A DNA stretch of 64,000 nucleotides, from contig OZ244048.1 in assembly GCA_965215265.1 (NCBI GenBank), forward strand, positions 992,001 through 1,056,000, read 5' to 3'. Made by a program: the position numbers and the translations under genes. This document shows positions 49,410 to 60,321 of the stretch, in pieces; position 1 is the first letter of the stretch, and every line of letters starts with the position of its first letter. The DNA comes from Candidatus Poribacteria bacterium. Lineage in GTDB: Bacteria > Poribacteria > WGA-4E > WGA-3G. The notes under the pieces were generated by a model. The model searched no databases. It saw only the letters and a program-made list of their open reading frames with translations, and had not been told where the DNA came from.

Positions 49410-49515
49410 CTCACATAACGCCTTATTTTGATTCATAACATCGAAGGATTTGGGTGAGCGGGTGACGAGATTTGTAAAGGATTGAAAATAGCACTGAAAC
49501 CAGATTAAGAAGGAC

Positions 49516-51069
49516 ATGCAACAAGACACTATTGTGATTTTAGACTTCGGTTCGCAGTATACACAGCTCATCGCGCGGCGCATCCGTGAGCAGAACGTTT
49601 ACTGTGAAATTCATCCGTATACGCTGCCGCTCTCTCAATTAACGGAAATTGCCCCAAAGGGCGTGATTTTGAGCGGAGGACCTGCTAGTGCCTATGAAAC
49701 GGGTGCCCCCAAAGTTGACGCGGAACTCTTCACACTCGGCATACCTATACTCGGTATCTGCTACGGCATGCAACTCATGGCGTATATGCTGGACGGGGGC
49801 CGAGTGCATCCAGCAACCGAACGCGAGTACGGGCATGCGTGTCTCCATGTGAAAAATTCAGAGCATCTGTTATTTGCAGGGGTGCCCCCGCACTTTTCGG
49901 CATGGATGAGTCACGGTGATAGAATTGACGCACCTCCAATAGGTTTCCGAACGCTTGCATACACTCAGAATTCACCCATCGCCGCCATGGGGCATCCGGA
50001 GAAAACCTTTTACGGTTTACAATTCCACCCGGAGGTTGAACATACGCAAGATGCTAACAAGATTTTGCGCAATTTTACCCAAAACATTTGCGGGTGTAAC
50101 GATACTTGGACAATGCGTGCGTTTATCACGCGTACCACGGAACTGATTCAAGAGAGGGTTGGAACCGAACGTGTACTATGTGCAGTAAGTGGGGGGATTG
50201 ATTCGATGGTCCTCGCCACGCTGCTGCATCAAATAATAGGCGACGCACTCGTCCCTGTTTTTGTTGATAATGGGCTCCTTCGCCAAAACGAGGCTCAGAC
50301 TGTCCTAGCAACATGCAGAGAAATCGGATTTCAGATTCAGTTTGTTGACGCAACCGACACCTTTTTGAATGCATTAGTAGGCGTTGTCAACCCCGAACAA
50401 AAACGAAAAACTATCGGAGCACAATTTATTCAAACGTTTAAAGATGCCATTAAAAGCGTCTCACGAAACGGAGAGAGGATTCGTTTCCTCGCGCAAGGTA
50501 CCCTCTATCCGGATGTTATAGAGAGCGTGTCTGTCAAAGGACCGTCGGCTACCATTAAGACACACCACAACGTCGGTGGGCTGCCTTCAGATATGCCATT
50601 TGAACTCGTTGAACCGTTTAGGGAACTCTTTAAAGACGAAGTCCGCGCCTTAGGTGCAGAACTCAACCTCCCGCAGTCCGTCCTTGGAAGACATCCGTTC
50701 CCCGGCCCAGGGCTCGCTGTGCGGATTCTTGGGGAGGTTACACCGGCACGCTTAGCGGTGCTCCGCTTAGCTGATGCAATTTTTATTGATGAGCTTCGTA
50801 CAGCAGGGATGTACGATGACATCTGGCAGGCGTTAGCAGTGCTATTGCCAGTCAAAAGCGTCGGAGTGATGGGGGATGAACGGACTTATGAGAACGTTGT
50901 CGCCCTCCGTGCTGTCACGAGCAGTGATGCAATGACAGCTGATTGGGCAAGAATCCCTGATGAAGTACTCGGGCGAATTTCAGGACGTATCATCAACGAG
51001 GTACAAGGCATTAACCGCGTCGTTTACGATATTAGTTCAAAACCGCCCAGCACAATTGAATGGGAATAA
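49516..51069 (+). CDS. guaA: GMP synthase (glutamine-hydrolysing)
   Basis: DFGSQYTQLIARR, GICYGMQ, QFHPEV, SGGIDS, IKTHHNVGG, KPPSTIEWE. Confidence 0.97.
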   Translation: MQQDTIVILDFGSQYTQLIARRIREQNVYCEIHPYTLPLSQLTEIAPKGVILSGGPASAYETGAPKVDAELFTLGIPILGICYGMQLMAYMLDGGRVHPATEREYGHACLHVKNSEHLLFAGVPPHFSAWMSHGDRIDAPPIGFRTLAYTQNSPIAAMGHPEKTFYGLQFHPEVEHTQDANKILRNFTQNICGCNDTWTMRAFITRTTELIQERVGTERVLCAVSGGIDSMVLATLLHQIIGDALVPVFVDNGLLRQNEAQTVLATCREIGFQIQFVDATDTFLNALVGVVNPEQKRKTIGAQFIQTFKDAIKSVSRNGERIRFLAQGTLYPDVIESVSVKGPSATIKTHHNVGGLPSDMPFELVEPFRELFKDEVRALGAELNLPQSVLGRHPFPGPGLAVRILGEVTPARLAVLRLADAIFIDELRTAGMYDDIWQALAVLLPVKSVGVMGDERTYENVVALRAVTSSDAMTADWARIPDEVLGRISGRIINEVQGINRVVYDISSKPPSTIEWE

Positions 51070-51100
51070 TTTCGGTTTCTTGCCAACCCACTGGGCGGTT

Positions 51101-52291
51101 TCATGAAAGATTCGCCTGAGTTTGATAAATTCGTGCTGCTGCAGATACTGCTGTTCCAGGCTCCACCGTATGACCAGATTCGATCAACAGTTTTTCCAAT
51201 CCGTTTAGCACGAACATGACGTTCTTTTCGTTTGCCGATTCGCCCATCAAGCCAATTCGCCACGCTTTTCCAGCGAAAATCCCTAATCCGCCACCAATTT
51301 CTATACCGTAGTCCGTGATAAGCCGTTTACGGATAGTTGCATCGTCTATACCGTCAGGGATGTACAACGTGGTTAGCATCGGTGCGCGGTAGCCTGCCTC
51401 AGCTGCCGGAACTAACCCGATTGATTCAGCACCTGCGATAAGAGCGTCAGCATGTCTTTCATGGCGGTGGTAGCGTGCAGAAGTACCTTCTTCAAGTACA
51501 ACCCGCAACGCCTCCCGTAATGCATAGATGAGAGACATAGAGACGGTGTGGTGATAACCGCGCTTATCATTGGCCGTCCAATAGTTTTCGAGGAGCGTCA
51601 TGTCAAGATAAAAACTCTGGATTGGTGTTTTCCTATTGCGAATCGCCTCAATAGCCTGTTCACTGAAAGTTATCGGCGATAACCCCGGCGGTGCCGCAAG
51701 GCATTTCTGGGTACAACTGTAAGCAATATCAATCTGGCGGGCATCTATATCCACGGGCTGTCCGCCGAGAGAAGTTACACAGTCTGCAAGAAACAGGGCA
51801 TCGTATTCATGCGCGATATTAATGATTTCATTGAGCGGTTGAAGGATTCCGGTAGAGGTTTCAGCGTGAACAGCCGCAACGAGTTTCGGTTTTGTTTTTG
51901 CGACGGTTTCGGCGACGGTTTCAGCAGGGATATGTTGCCCCCACGGGGCTTCCACTTTTGTGACAAGACCGCCACACCTTGCCGCAATATCTGCTATCCG
52001 TTCACCGAAGTAACCGTTGATGCCAACAACGACAGCGTCCCCGGGCTCAATAACGTTAGCAAGGGCTGCTTCCATACCTGCCGTTCCAGTGCCGGAGACA
52101 GGCAGCGTGAGACGGTTTTGCGTTCCAAAAACGCGTCGCAGCAGCGCGACGGTGTCATCCATTATAGTGACAAATTCACTGTCTAAGTACCCCAGCATCG
52201 GGGTTGTCATCGCTTTGAGAACCCGCGCGTTCGCTTCGCTCGGCCCAGGACCGAGGAGGACGCGCGCGGGTACTATTAATTCATCATACAC
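51101..52291 (-). CDS. Alanine-glyoxylate/serine-pyruvate aminotransferase (class V)
   Basis: LLGPGPS, SGTGTAGMEA, HAETSTG, SCTQKCL.APPG, YHHT, WRIGLMG. Confidence 0.92.
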   Translation of the reverse strand: MYDELIVPARVLLGPGPSEANARVLKAMTTPMLGYLDSEFVTIMDDTVALLRRVFGTQNRLTLPVSGTGTAGMEAALANVIEPGDAVVVGINGYFGERIADIAARCGGLVTKVEAPWGQHIPAETVAETVAKTKPKLVAAVHAETSTGILQPLNEIINIAHEYDALFLADCVTSLGGQPVDIDARQIDIAYSCTQKCLAAPPGLSPITFSEQAIEAIRNRKTPIQSFYLDMTLLENYWTANDKRGYHHTVSMSLIYALREALRVVLEEGTSARYHRHERHADALIAGAESIGLVPAAEAGYRAPMLTTLYIPDGIDDATIRKRLITDYGIEIGGGLGIFAGKAWRIGLMGESANEKNVMFVLNGLEKLLIESGHTVEPGTAVSAAARIYQTQANLS

Positions 52292-52482
52292 TGGTTTAAA
52301 AAACCCTCATCATATTGGAGCAGTAAGCGAGGGTAGTGGCAGGAGGTTCTTTGTCTGTCCTGAAGGACAGACAAGAATATCGTAGATTGATGTCCCGCCC
52401 GGTTCCGGGCAGGCGGGAGTCAACCGAACCCAATGGGCGGACGAATATAAAAATCCATCCACCACCCTCAGAAACTTTGGCG

Positions 52483-55400
52483 TTACTCGCCGCCGGCAAT
52501 ATCCCGTTTCGGGATGTTTTGCTCCTTCATATAGTTTAGAATTGCCTGGACTTGACGCTGTGCATATCTGAGTGCGTTTTGGACCGATGAGTCCACAGGC
52601 GGAGACGTTTCATATTTTGCCCACAGCAAATTAAAGTAATGCAGGGCCTCGTTGAAATACGTATCCTCCTGATCGGTTAGCACCATGTACGCGTCCCCTA
52701 TTTGTCCAAGTCCGAGGTCCCCGTACTTGGTATTGGGGTACTTCTCAACGATTTGTTTGAACGCATCAACGGCAGCTAAGACAGCAGGTTTTTGTTCTTC
52801 ACCGCGCGCTAATTTCGCTTCATTTAGCATTGTGCTTGCCGTATCATACTCGTAATACGCCAATGCACTCGCCGTATCGTTGAGATAGCTCAGTGCTGTA
52901 CCTTTGGATTCTGCACTGATACCCGGCGATTCTAACGCGCGAGAATAGTGATCTATTGCCATCTGATATAGGCTAATACGTTCGCTCTGATCCAAATCTG
53001 CTTCAGAGCCTGCATTGTAATACTTATTCCCGATATTAATCAGGGCATCTGCCGTGTAGATACTATTGGGATAATCCGCTGCAAGCGTCTCATTGGCTGC
53101 AAACAGCCTATCGTACCACTGCTGTTTTGCGTCTTCATCTCCTGCTTTCTCGGCTGCCTCGGCGAGGAGCTGGTAACAGGTTGAGATGGCGTACAACGAT
53201 TCGGCTGCACTCTTATGCGTCTTATTCACCGCCCGGACCTTATCGTACTCGGCAATTGCAGTCTCATATTGCTGTGAGGCATAGTAAGATTCCCCAACCT
53301 GATACTGCCAGAGGGCGGCATCGTTCGCACTCGGATAGCGGCGGACCATATCCCGGAATGCATCCGCTGCTGCGACAAAATAACTCACCGCTTTTTCGGA
53401 CATTTCACCGTCAAGCCCGACTTGCATCCGTCCGAGTTCAAAATTCGCGGAGGCGAGATAAGTCAGGGAGGTCTCCGTGTTTTTGGTTAGATTGGCGGAG
53501 TCAGATTTGGCGAAGAGCCCTTTATCCGCATAACTCACAAATGTTGTTAGCGGTGTCAAACAGCTGATGAGGTCTTCTTGTAAGGTTACGCCGGTCCCCA
53601 CGGAGTAGTAAATTTGTCCGGCTTGGAAGAGCGCGTTCTGAACGTAAGGGATGACAGTCTCTTTATGCGCTTGTTCAACGGGTGACGCGAGGGTATTGAC
53701 TTCAAAAAACGCGCCGGCGGCTTGACGACTGGCATCAATGTACGGTTGCAGGTCGGTGCCAGCTTCTGTTGAGAACAACGAACGTGCTTTGTCTGAATAC
53801 AAGAAGCCCAAATTGTATTGAGCCGCCACCTTTTCGCTGACTGTCGCCTTCGGATTTGCTTTCGTGCGGTCGAGTGCTTCAACCGCCTCAGCAATCGCCT
53901 CATTCAAACGCCCTGTTTCGACGTAGAGCGTTGAACGGCGAATGCCTGCGTCTGCTACCATTGAAGCAATGCTTGCATCCGTTGAACCACTATGTTCGGT
54001 AATCAACGTCTGGAATGCGTTTAATGCCTTGTCAGCCTCTTTGAGTCGTTCCTGATAGGTTAGGCCGATCCGGTAATAAGCTTGAGCTTGAATGATGGGC
54101 TCATTAACTAATTCAATAGCATTCTGGTACCCCATCAATGCTTCAGTATAGTTCTGGAGTTGCTCGTCTAGTGCGAACGCCATAGCGAAATAGGAACGGC
54201 CCTTCAGATTGGTGTTCTCGGTGTTCTCAATAATATATTGATATTCCTTGACAGCATCAGCATGATTGCCGAGTGTGCCGTTAAGTTCCGCGAGTCTGGA
54301 ATGCGCCTGGAAGATGAGAGTTTTCCTGTTTTCATCTTCGGTTTGGCCTTCTAAGGCCGTAACCTGCTTGAATGCATCGGCTGCGCCTTGCGGATCCTCT
54401 AACCCGATTTTTGCCAAGCCTTCGGTGTAGCTCGCGCTGATACGGTTGTCAGCATCGTCGGTGAGAGTTGCGACTTTTTGTGCAGTGCTAACCGTATTTT
54501 GCAGTGCAAGCTGCTTTGTTCCCTGATCTGCTGCTGCTTGTGCGATTTGGTAATAGCAGACGGCCGCCTGATACTGTGCGTTCGCTGCCAATTCACTCTG
54601 CGGGAACGTTTCAACGAAACTGAGGTACTCAGCGAGTGCTTCGTCGTAGCGTTTCGCGCCGTAGTAGGTATGCCCAATTTTGAGTTGCGACCGGCTCCGT
54701 GCCTCTTCCGGCGCACCAACGTTGTCCACGATGCGCTTAAGTGATACGACGAGCGAGTCAATATCAACGTTCTCAGTCGTATTTTCGATTGCAGTGACTT
54801 TAATCAACTCAATCTGTCCGAGCGTGCGCTGAATCGGTTCATTGTCACTCGCCATATATTTTTCGTTGGCTTGCTCAGCGACTTGCATCACGAGTGGCCA
54901 TTTTTCAGTATCGCCATGTTTTTGGGCTGCATCACGATAGGCAAGCGCGAGCCCGTAGTATGCCTCGATGGCATTCGGGCTGTTTTCATATTCGGAGATC
55001 ACGCGTTGGAATGCTGTCTCGGCTTGCGCAATAAACGACGCATCGTCTGCACTTGCATGGTAGTAGCAGAGCCCTACGAGATAGAGCGCGTCGTCCGCAT
55101 ATTCGCCTGTTGGATTCCCATCCACAACCGCCTGGTATTGCAGAGCCGCTTCTTGGTACCGTTTTTCAGCACGGAGCAAGTCTGCCAGTTTAATCTCTGC
55201 CAACGAACGATTGTCGTCATTCGCGAGTTTATCCAAAACCGAGTTGTAATAGTTAATCGCGCCTTCTTTGTCCCCCTCTTTGACGTAGCTGTTTGCAACG
55301 AGGAGTAGTGCACGTTCATAGTATTCACTCGTTTCAGGGATCGATGCGTACCGGTTGCGTGCCTGCTGCCAATCACCAAGCATCTCGTGCGAGAGTGCTT

Positions 55401-57201
55401 CGTTCATGATACAAGCTTCCACTTGTGCAATACGTTCGGGGAAGTCGTCGTAACGTTCTTCTGCCACACCGGGGAGGAATGCGTCGTCGTTAAACATGCC
55501 GATAGCATCTTGATACGCAGCAACAGATCTCTGAAGGTAATCGGTATTGAAATCGGCTTCGGTGTCGCCCTCCTGATAGCCTTCGGGCGTTGCGGCTTCA
55601 TAGTATGAGCGCCCTTCAAAGAATTTGCCCATCAGTTTCACGAGATGGAATTTGGGCAGATTCCGGTACTCCCACAACTTTGCATACTCTTCTGCAGCTT
55701 CAATATACTGTTTAAATTCCTGACGTTTAATATCCGCAAAACGGAGTTGGACCTCTGCTGCGAGGATATCAAATTCGTTGTCGTTCTTGTTTTTGTCAAT
55801 AAACTCGCGTGCGACTGTCTCCAATTCTTCCTTCCGTCCTAAGTCGTTGAGTGCCCAGATAGCGCCGTAGAGCGCGTGGGGGGCAACAGGGTCCTCAGGG
55901 AACTGGTCGATAGTTTTCTGATACCAAGACAAGGCGAGTTCCAACGTTGCGGTTCCCTGTTCAGATTCGCCTGCTTCCCGCTGCTGGGTCCCCAGTTTAT
56001 AATAGGACTCGCCAATCTGATAGGAACAGTATGGAATAAAACCGGTGGAGTCTTTATCCTCGTTATCGTCAGGGTCTTGATGCTCGTTAATGACGCGTTC
56101 GTATGCAGCACTGGCTTCACTCCATGCGTCGAGCCGGAAGTGGCTGTCGGCAATACCGAGTTTGGCTTCGGCAATAAACTCGCTTTCCGGATATTCTTCT
56201 AACAGGGTGGTGTATGATACAATCGCGTTTTCATAGTCACCTTGGTCGTAGTATGTCCGGCCGATTGCGGACTGAATCTCGGATTGGAGGATCCGGTCTG
56301 CGGTATTTTGCAGCGCCAACTCGTAGTTGACACGTGCGTTGTCGTAGTCTTTCTGGCGGGCGTAAATCGCACCTTGGTCAAAATAGGCCGCAGTAACATA
56401 CTGACTCTCTGGGAACTGCGTGATGAAGTTCGTATAGCGTCCAATCGACTCATCATCCCGCCCGAGTTGATTTAGACTATATGCCGCTTTATACATCGCT
56501 TCCGCTTGCAGGTCCGGGTAATTTTTAAACTCCTCCGTAGCAATCTTATCAAACTCCTGGTACGCCTGCTCATAGTTTGTCTCATTCAGGAATGACTGCG
56601 CAATCAGGTGCTGTGCATCGTCCTTAAATTCTGAGTTAGGGAAGCCGTCAAGTACCTGTTTAAAGGCTTGTCTGGACTCTTCATAATTTTGCAGCTTATA
56701 GTTCAATTGCCCGATAGCGTACCAAGCATTCTCCACAAACAGACTGTTCGGAAAGTTTTGAATCAGCTGCATAAATTTCGGCTCAGCGAGTTCAAACTGC
56801 TCTGTTCTGTAGAGAATATGCCCCCAGAGATAGGTTAACCCCTCCTGATGTTTGGGTATCGTTGCTGTCGGGGCAACTTTCTCAATATACTCAATCGAGG
56901 TGTCGTAGTAGTTGAAATCCTCGGATTGTTCGGCAAGTCGTGAGTAGCTTACCGCGATTTTATAGTTTGCCAGCGTAGGGAAATCTTTGTCAATCACTTC
57001 CGTTTTCACGCCGCGTTTGGTTGATTCTTCAAGGGCTTCGCCGTATTTGGCAATAGCACCCTCGTAATCGGCTTGGCCGTAGAGATCCTCTGCGTCTTGA
57101 AAGAGTTGCTCGACCTTTTTGGAGCTACCCATCATAAACGGTGACAAGAGGGCAACAACCAAAGCCACGCCGCCAATAATTCCCAAAAGTCTTGGGTTCA
57201 T
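52483..57201 (-). CDS. Giant membrane-anchored TPR protein (BamD/YbgF-like repeats)
   Basis: N-terminal TM segment; many A...F..VI..YP.S...A TPR units. Confidence 0.85.
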   Translation of the reverse strand: MNPRLLGIIGGVALVVALLSPFMMGSSKKVEQLFQDAEDLYGQADYEGAIAKYGEALEESTKRGVKTEVIDKDFPTLANYKIAVSYSRLAEQSEDFNYYDTSIEYIEKVAPTATIPKHQEGLTYLWGHILYRTEQFELAEPKFMQLIQNFPNSLFVENAWYAIGQLNYKLQNYEESRQAFKQVLDGFPNSEFKDDAQHLIAQSFLNETNYEQAYQEFDKIATEEFKNYPDLQAEAMYKAAYSLNQLGRDDESIGRYTNFITQFPESQYVTAAYFDQGAIYARQKDYDNARVNYELALQNTADRILQSEIQSAIGRTYYDQGDYENAIVSYTTLLEEYPESEFIAEAKLGIADSHFRLDAWSEASAAYERVINEHQDPDDNEDKDSTGFIPYCSYQIGESYYKLGTQQREAGESEQGTATLELALSWYQKTIDQFPEDPVAPHALYGAIWALNDLGRKEELETVAREFIDKNKNDNEFDILAAEVQLRFADIKRQEFKQYIEAAEEYAKLWEYRNLPKFHLVKLMGKFFEGRSYYEAATPEGYQEGDTEADFNTDYLQRSVAAYQDAIGMFNDDAFLPGVAEERYDDFPERIAQVEACIMNEALSHEMLGDWQQARNRYASIPETSEYYERALLLVANSYVKEGDKEGAINYYNSVLDKLANDDNRSLAEIKLADLLRAEKRYQEAALQYQAVVDGNPTGEYADDALYLVGLCYYHASADDASFIAQAETAFQRVISEYENSPNAIEAYYGLALAYRDAAQKHGDTEKWPLVMQVAEQANEKYMASDNEPIQRTLGQIELIKVTAIENTTENVDIDSLVVSLKRIVDNVGAPEEARSRSQLKIGHTYYGAKRYDEALAEYLSFVETFPQSELAANAQYQAAVCYYQIAQAAADQGTKQLALQNTVSTAQKVATLTDDADNRISASYTEGLAKIGLEDPQGAADAFKQVTALEGQTEDENRKTLIFQAHSRLAELNGTLGNHADAVKEYQYIIENTENTNLKGRSYFAMAFALDEQLQNYTEALMGYQNAIELVNEPIIQAQAYYRIGLTYQERLKEADKALNAFQTLITEHSGSTDASIASMVADAGIRRSTLYVETGRLNEAIAEAVEALDRTKANPKATVSEKVAAQYNLGFLYSDKARSLFSTEAGTDLQPYIDASRQAAGAFFEVNTLASPVEQAHKETVIPYVQNALFQAGQIYYSVGTGVTLQEDLISCLTPLTTFVSYADKGLFAKSDSANLTKNTETSLTYLASANFELGRMQVGLDGEMSEKAVSYFVAAADAFRDMVRRYPSANDAALWQYQVGESYYASQQYETAIAEYDKVRAVNKTHKSAAESLYAISTCYQLLAEAAEKAGDEDAKQQWYDRLFAANETLAADYPNSIYTADALINIGNKYYNAGSEADLDQSERISLYQMAIDHYSRALESPGISAESKGTALSYLNDTASALAYYEYDTASTMLNEAKLARGEEQKPAVLAAVDAFKQIVEKYPNTKYGDLGLGQIGDAYMVLTDQEDTYFNEALHYFNLLWAKYETSPPVDSSVQNALRYAQRQVQAILNYMKEQNIPKRDIAGGE

Positions 57202-57273
57202 CTGTTTCTCCTTTTTTGCACTGAGTATAAATGAAAAACCGTTGATTTTCATTTATATCTATTTTAACTATAG

Positions 57274-58230
57274 TTAGATTGAATCATAAACCTCTGTCAA
57301 AGAGAGTGTTTCTAATAAAACCAATTTCCGGGCGAATCCCATCTGCTCAAACCGTGCGTGCAAGCCGTGCCCTAAACTGTCACGCTGTTTCCGCTCATAG
57401 CGATGTAGGATAGGTTCATCACTGATTCCACGCGACACGAAGAGCCAATATGCCTTTTCGTGCAAGAGCATGCCGCGAGACGGAAGCGACAAAGCACCGG
57501 TTGGAATCTCTGCCATAACAAGTAGCTCTGAATTGCTGTCACTGTTTTCATCGCTTCCGAGAGAGAGCACCGTTCCATCTGCAACCGGGGCATCGGTAAT
57601 TCGCCACATATTCGTGTGATGCGGTGTTGGTGTCTTCGTTTCTAACGTAGTGTCTTCCGTTCGCAGAGTCTGCAAACCGCGCGAGACGTGATGCCGCTCA
57701 CTTCCAACAGATTCAGGTGGAAGAACTACCAACTGCTTCTCTCCACCCTGAACCATTGCAGTACCATGCATTGATGTAGGCAAGCGCGAGGATTCTTTTG
57801 TGAGCAGCAGTGTGGCTACACATAGTGTTGCCATGGCTATAGTCAGCGCATATAGAGGTAACGTGCGATTATTTATCAAAACGTCTTGAACCACACGGGT
57901 GCCTGCAAAGCACCGGTAAATGCGCGTCAACAGCAGCCATGCAATACGGGCACCGCCTATATAGACGCGGCGATATAGTACCATCGGTGGCATTTGCTCG
58001 ACGCGCCGCTGAAGCTTCCCGGAAAACCGAACATAGTAATCTTCTGGTGCATCAGGGACAGTATAGAAATCTTCAATCAAGGCACGCGCCCGCTTTAACG
58101 CCGCTAACTCACGACGACATATTGGACAAGCACGCAGATGCAAATCAACTAAAGAGCGCTGCCGCTTCGAAAGACACTCATCCATATAGTCAGAGAAATA
58201 CCCCTGAATCTTATTGCACACTATTTTCAT
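57274..58230 (-). CDS. Anti-sigma factor with zf-HC2 domain
   Basis: C...YMD..L......V..HLRACPICRREL, then a TM segment; directly downstream of the ECF sigma. Confidence 0.8.
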   Translation of the reverse strand: MKIVCNKIQGYFSDYMDECLSKRQRSLVDLHLRACPICRRELAALKRARALIEDFYTVPDAPEDYYVRFSGKLQRRVEQMPPMVLYRRVYIGGARIAWLLLTRIYRCFAGTRVVQDVLINNRTLPLYALTIAMATLCVATLLLTKESSRLPTSMHGTAMVQGGEKQLVVLPPESVGSERHHVSRGLQTLRTEDTTLETKTPTPHHTNMWRITDAPVADGTVLSLGSDENSDSNSELLVMAEIPTGALSLPSRGMLLHEKAYWLFVSRGISDEPILHRYERKQRDSLGHGLHARFEQMGFARKLVLLETLSLTEVYDSI

Positions 58231-58319
58231 TTTTTTATCGTTCCCAAATACGGTTTATTTGGCTGGAATCTCAGCCTGTTGATTGTGCTGGAGATATTCT
58301 CGCCAGTTAACCTCCGCGG

Positions 58320-58910
58320 TTACTCAGGATCTGCACACGCATCTACATACGGTTTAAGCAAAGTCCGAAGTCGTTTTCGTGCATAGTGTAAGCGCGAACG
58401 CACGGTGCCTTCAGAGCAATTCAAAATCGCAGATATTTCCTCGTGTGTAAACCCTTCAAAATCATGCAAAATAACAACAGTGCGATGCTTAAGCGAGAGA
58501 CTCTTTACTGCCTCCGTAACCCAATGCCGTAATTCTGCTTGTTCTGCAAGAAGGTGCGGATCGCTTGCAACGGTGGTCCTGTAACGCTCCACCGGATCGA
58601 TAGCCGCCTCTGTTATCGTCTCAAATGAACATTCGCGGTGCCCATCGCGTCGTTTAACGAAGTTGAGGGCTTCATTCACCGCAATGCGATAAAGCCAAGT
58701 CTCAAAAGCTGCATCTTGACGAAAAGCGTGAATGGACTGATATACCTTAATAAAGGTGTTCTGCATCACATCGTCTGCATCTTCGTGATTGCGGGTAATC
58801 TGCATGGCGAGACGATAAACCTTGCGTTTATACTTTTCTACCAGGACGGCTAATGCGGTTTCATCTCCTTCGCAGAGATCAACAATGAGCAACGCTTCGG
58901 TTCTTTCCAC
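58320..58910 (-). CDS. ECF sigma factor
   Basis: DADDVMQNTF, FETWLYRIAVN, EGF.HEEIS.ILNCSEGTVRSRLHYAR. Confidence 0.92.
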   Translation of the reverse strand: MERTEALLIVDLCEGDETALAVLVEKYKRKVYRLAMQITRNHEDADDVMQNTFIKVYQSIHAFRQDAAFETWLYRIAVNEALNFVKRRDGHRECSFETITEAAIDPVERYRTTVASDPHLLAEQAELRHWVTEAVKSLSLKHRTVVILHDFEGFTHEEISAILNCSEGTVRSRLHYARKRLRTLLKPYVDACADPE

Positions 58911-58968
58911 CGAATTTTTCTCCTTCGATAGTTACACTGAGAAAATGCTTCTACAGGCTTCTGATTCA

Positions 58969-58997
58969 TTAGACAACAACTTTTCAAAAACCGTTCA
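58969..58997 (-). promoter_or_regulatory. Candidate autoregulatory ECF promoter
   Basis: Minus strand TGAAC-N18-GTCTAA about 60 nt upstream of the sigma start. Confidence 0.45.
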
Positions 58998-59280
58998 ATT
59001 TTTTTTGATGTTTTTCAAGATAAGATGGGTGACCTAACATAGGTTTGCAACCGCCCACCTAAATATCAATAATACCATTATAGCATTAATACAAAAATTA
59101 TAGAGAAAAAAATATTTGTACGTACTAACAAAGATGATTTTCTTGGTATGAACGTTTGACTTTCAATCTCGCGTGAGATTTTCTGGCCGGACTAAGCGGG
59201 TTTCAATGAAAATGAGAAGGCAGAAAAAAAGGGCAGTGTATCAAAGATACACTACCCTGGTAAGCGAAATAGCCTCAAAC

Positions 59281-59937
59281 TTACTCTTTACCTTTTGTAA
59301 CAAAGGTGACACTGACTTCAAGTTCATTGCCGGCAGCATCTTTGACTGTCCCTGCGATAACGTAGGTAGTCTCGTTGCCGATTTCTTTGCCTTTGACAAG
59401 TTCAAGTGTGCCTGTGGTACCTTCAACCGTGCCAAGCCAGCCGACATCGTCGCCGCCTTCAGTCTGCAAGGCGATATTACCAGTTACCTCTTCGCTGAAG
59501 GTAATCTCGATCTTAGCATCAGTGTTAATCGCCTCAGGATCGACATCCTTATCACCGTCTTTAACGGTACCGCCTGTGACGGTGGGAGGAGCAGTATCCG
59601 GTGCTGTGACGTTATAATTCAACGTGTGGCTTCCTCCGCCATTTTCCCAAGAAAGTGAGAGAGCAAGTGCCCCAGCGGTAAAGGGGCCGGAAATTGTTCG
59701 GCTTTTCCCCGCACCTGAAACGTCACCAGCACTGGCAGTTACAGCACCCGGATCGTTGTCAAAGACAACCGTAATACTTCCATTTGCTGCAAGGTCACCA
59801 CTGGCTGGTGTTGCACTGACAAACGCTGCATCTTGAACTTCTTCCTCATCATCATCGCTATCACCACCACAGCCAATCATGTAAACGGCAAGAAAACCTG
59901 CCATCAGTAAAGCTAAGGTTCTAAACATTTTTTTCAT
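59281..59937 (-). CDS. Lipoprotein with two bacterial Ig-like (Big_5/SbsA-like) domains
   Basis: Lipobox MIGC, acidic linker; DTAPPTV, I.ITFSE.V, VKDAAGN.L. Confidence 0.8.
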   Translation of the reverse strand: MKKMFRTLALLMAGFLAVYMIGCGGDSDDDEEEVQDAAFVSATPASGDLAANGSITVVFDNDPGAVTASAGDVSGAGKSRTISGPFTAGALALSLSWENGGGSHTLNYNVTAPDTAPPTVTGGTVKDGDKDVDPEAINTDAKIEITFSEEVTGNIALQTEGGDDVGWLGTVEGTTGTLELVKGKEIGNETTYVIAGTVKDAAGNELEVSVTFVTKGKE

Positions 59938-60321
59938 TGCAGTTAACTCCTTAAATTTAAGGTTTATCAAAATGTGCCTATAAGAAATAGGCATCCTAAA
60001 AACTTTCGGTGATTTCCCTTATGGGCCCACACGACGTAACATCGGAAGCCTGCAAACTTCACTTTACATGTACCCATGGGGAAAATTGATTTCATGCCTG
60101 CTATTGCTTGTACAATTCAACAGCAGCGTTAAAAATCATCTATTAATTATATCCTCATAAAGTCGAGTCATGTTGGGCTATTTCGTTTGTTGTCCACTGC
60201 GAGATGCCAGCGGACAAACTGACACGTTGAGAACAAAACTTCGCGAGAGCTGACATTGTTAAAACACCATTGGATTGTCAGTCACCCCGCCCGAAAGTTA
60301 CTATTCAAACGAGTACTTTAA

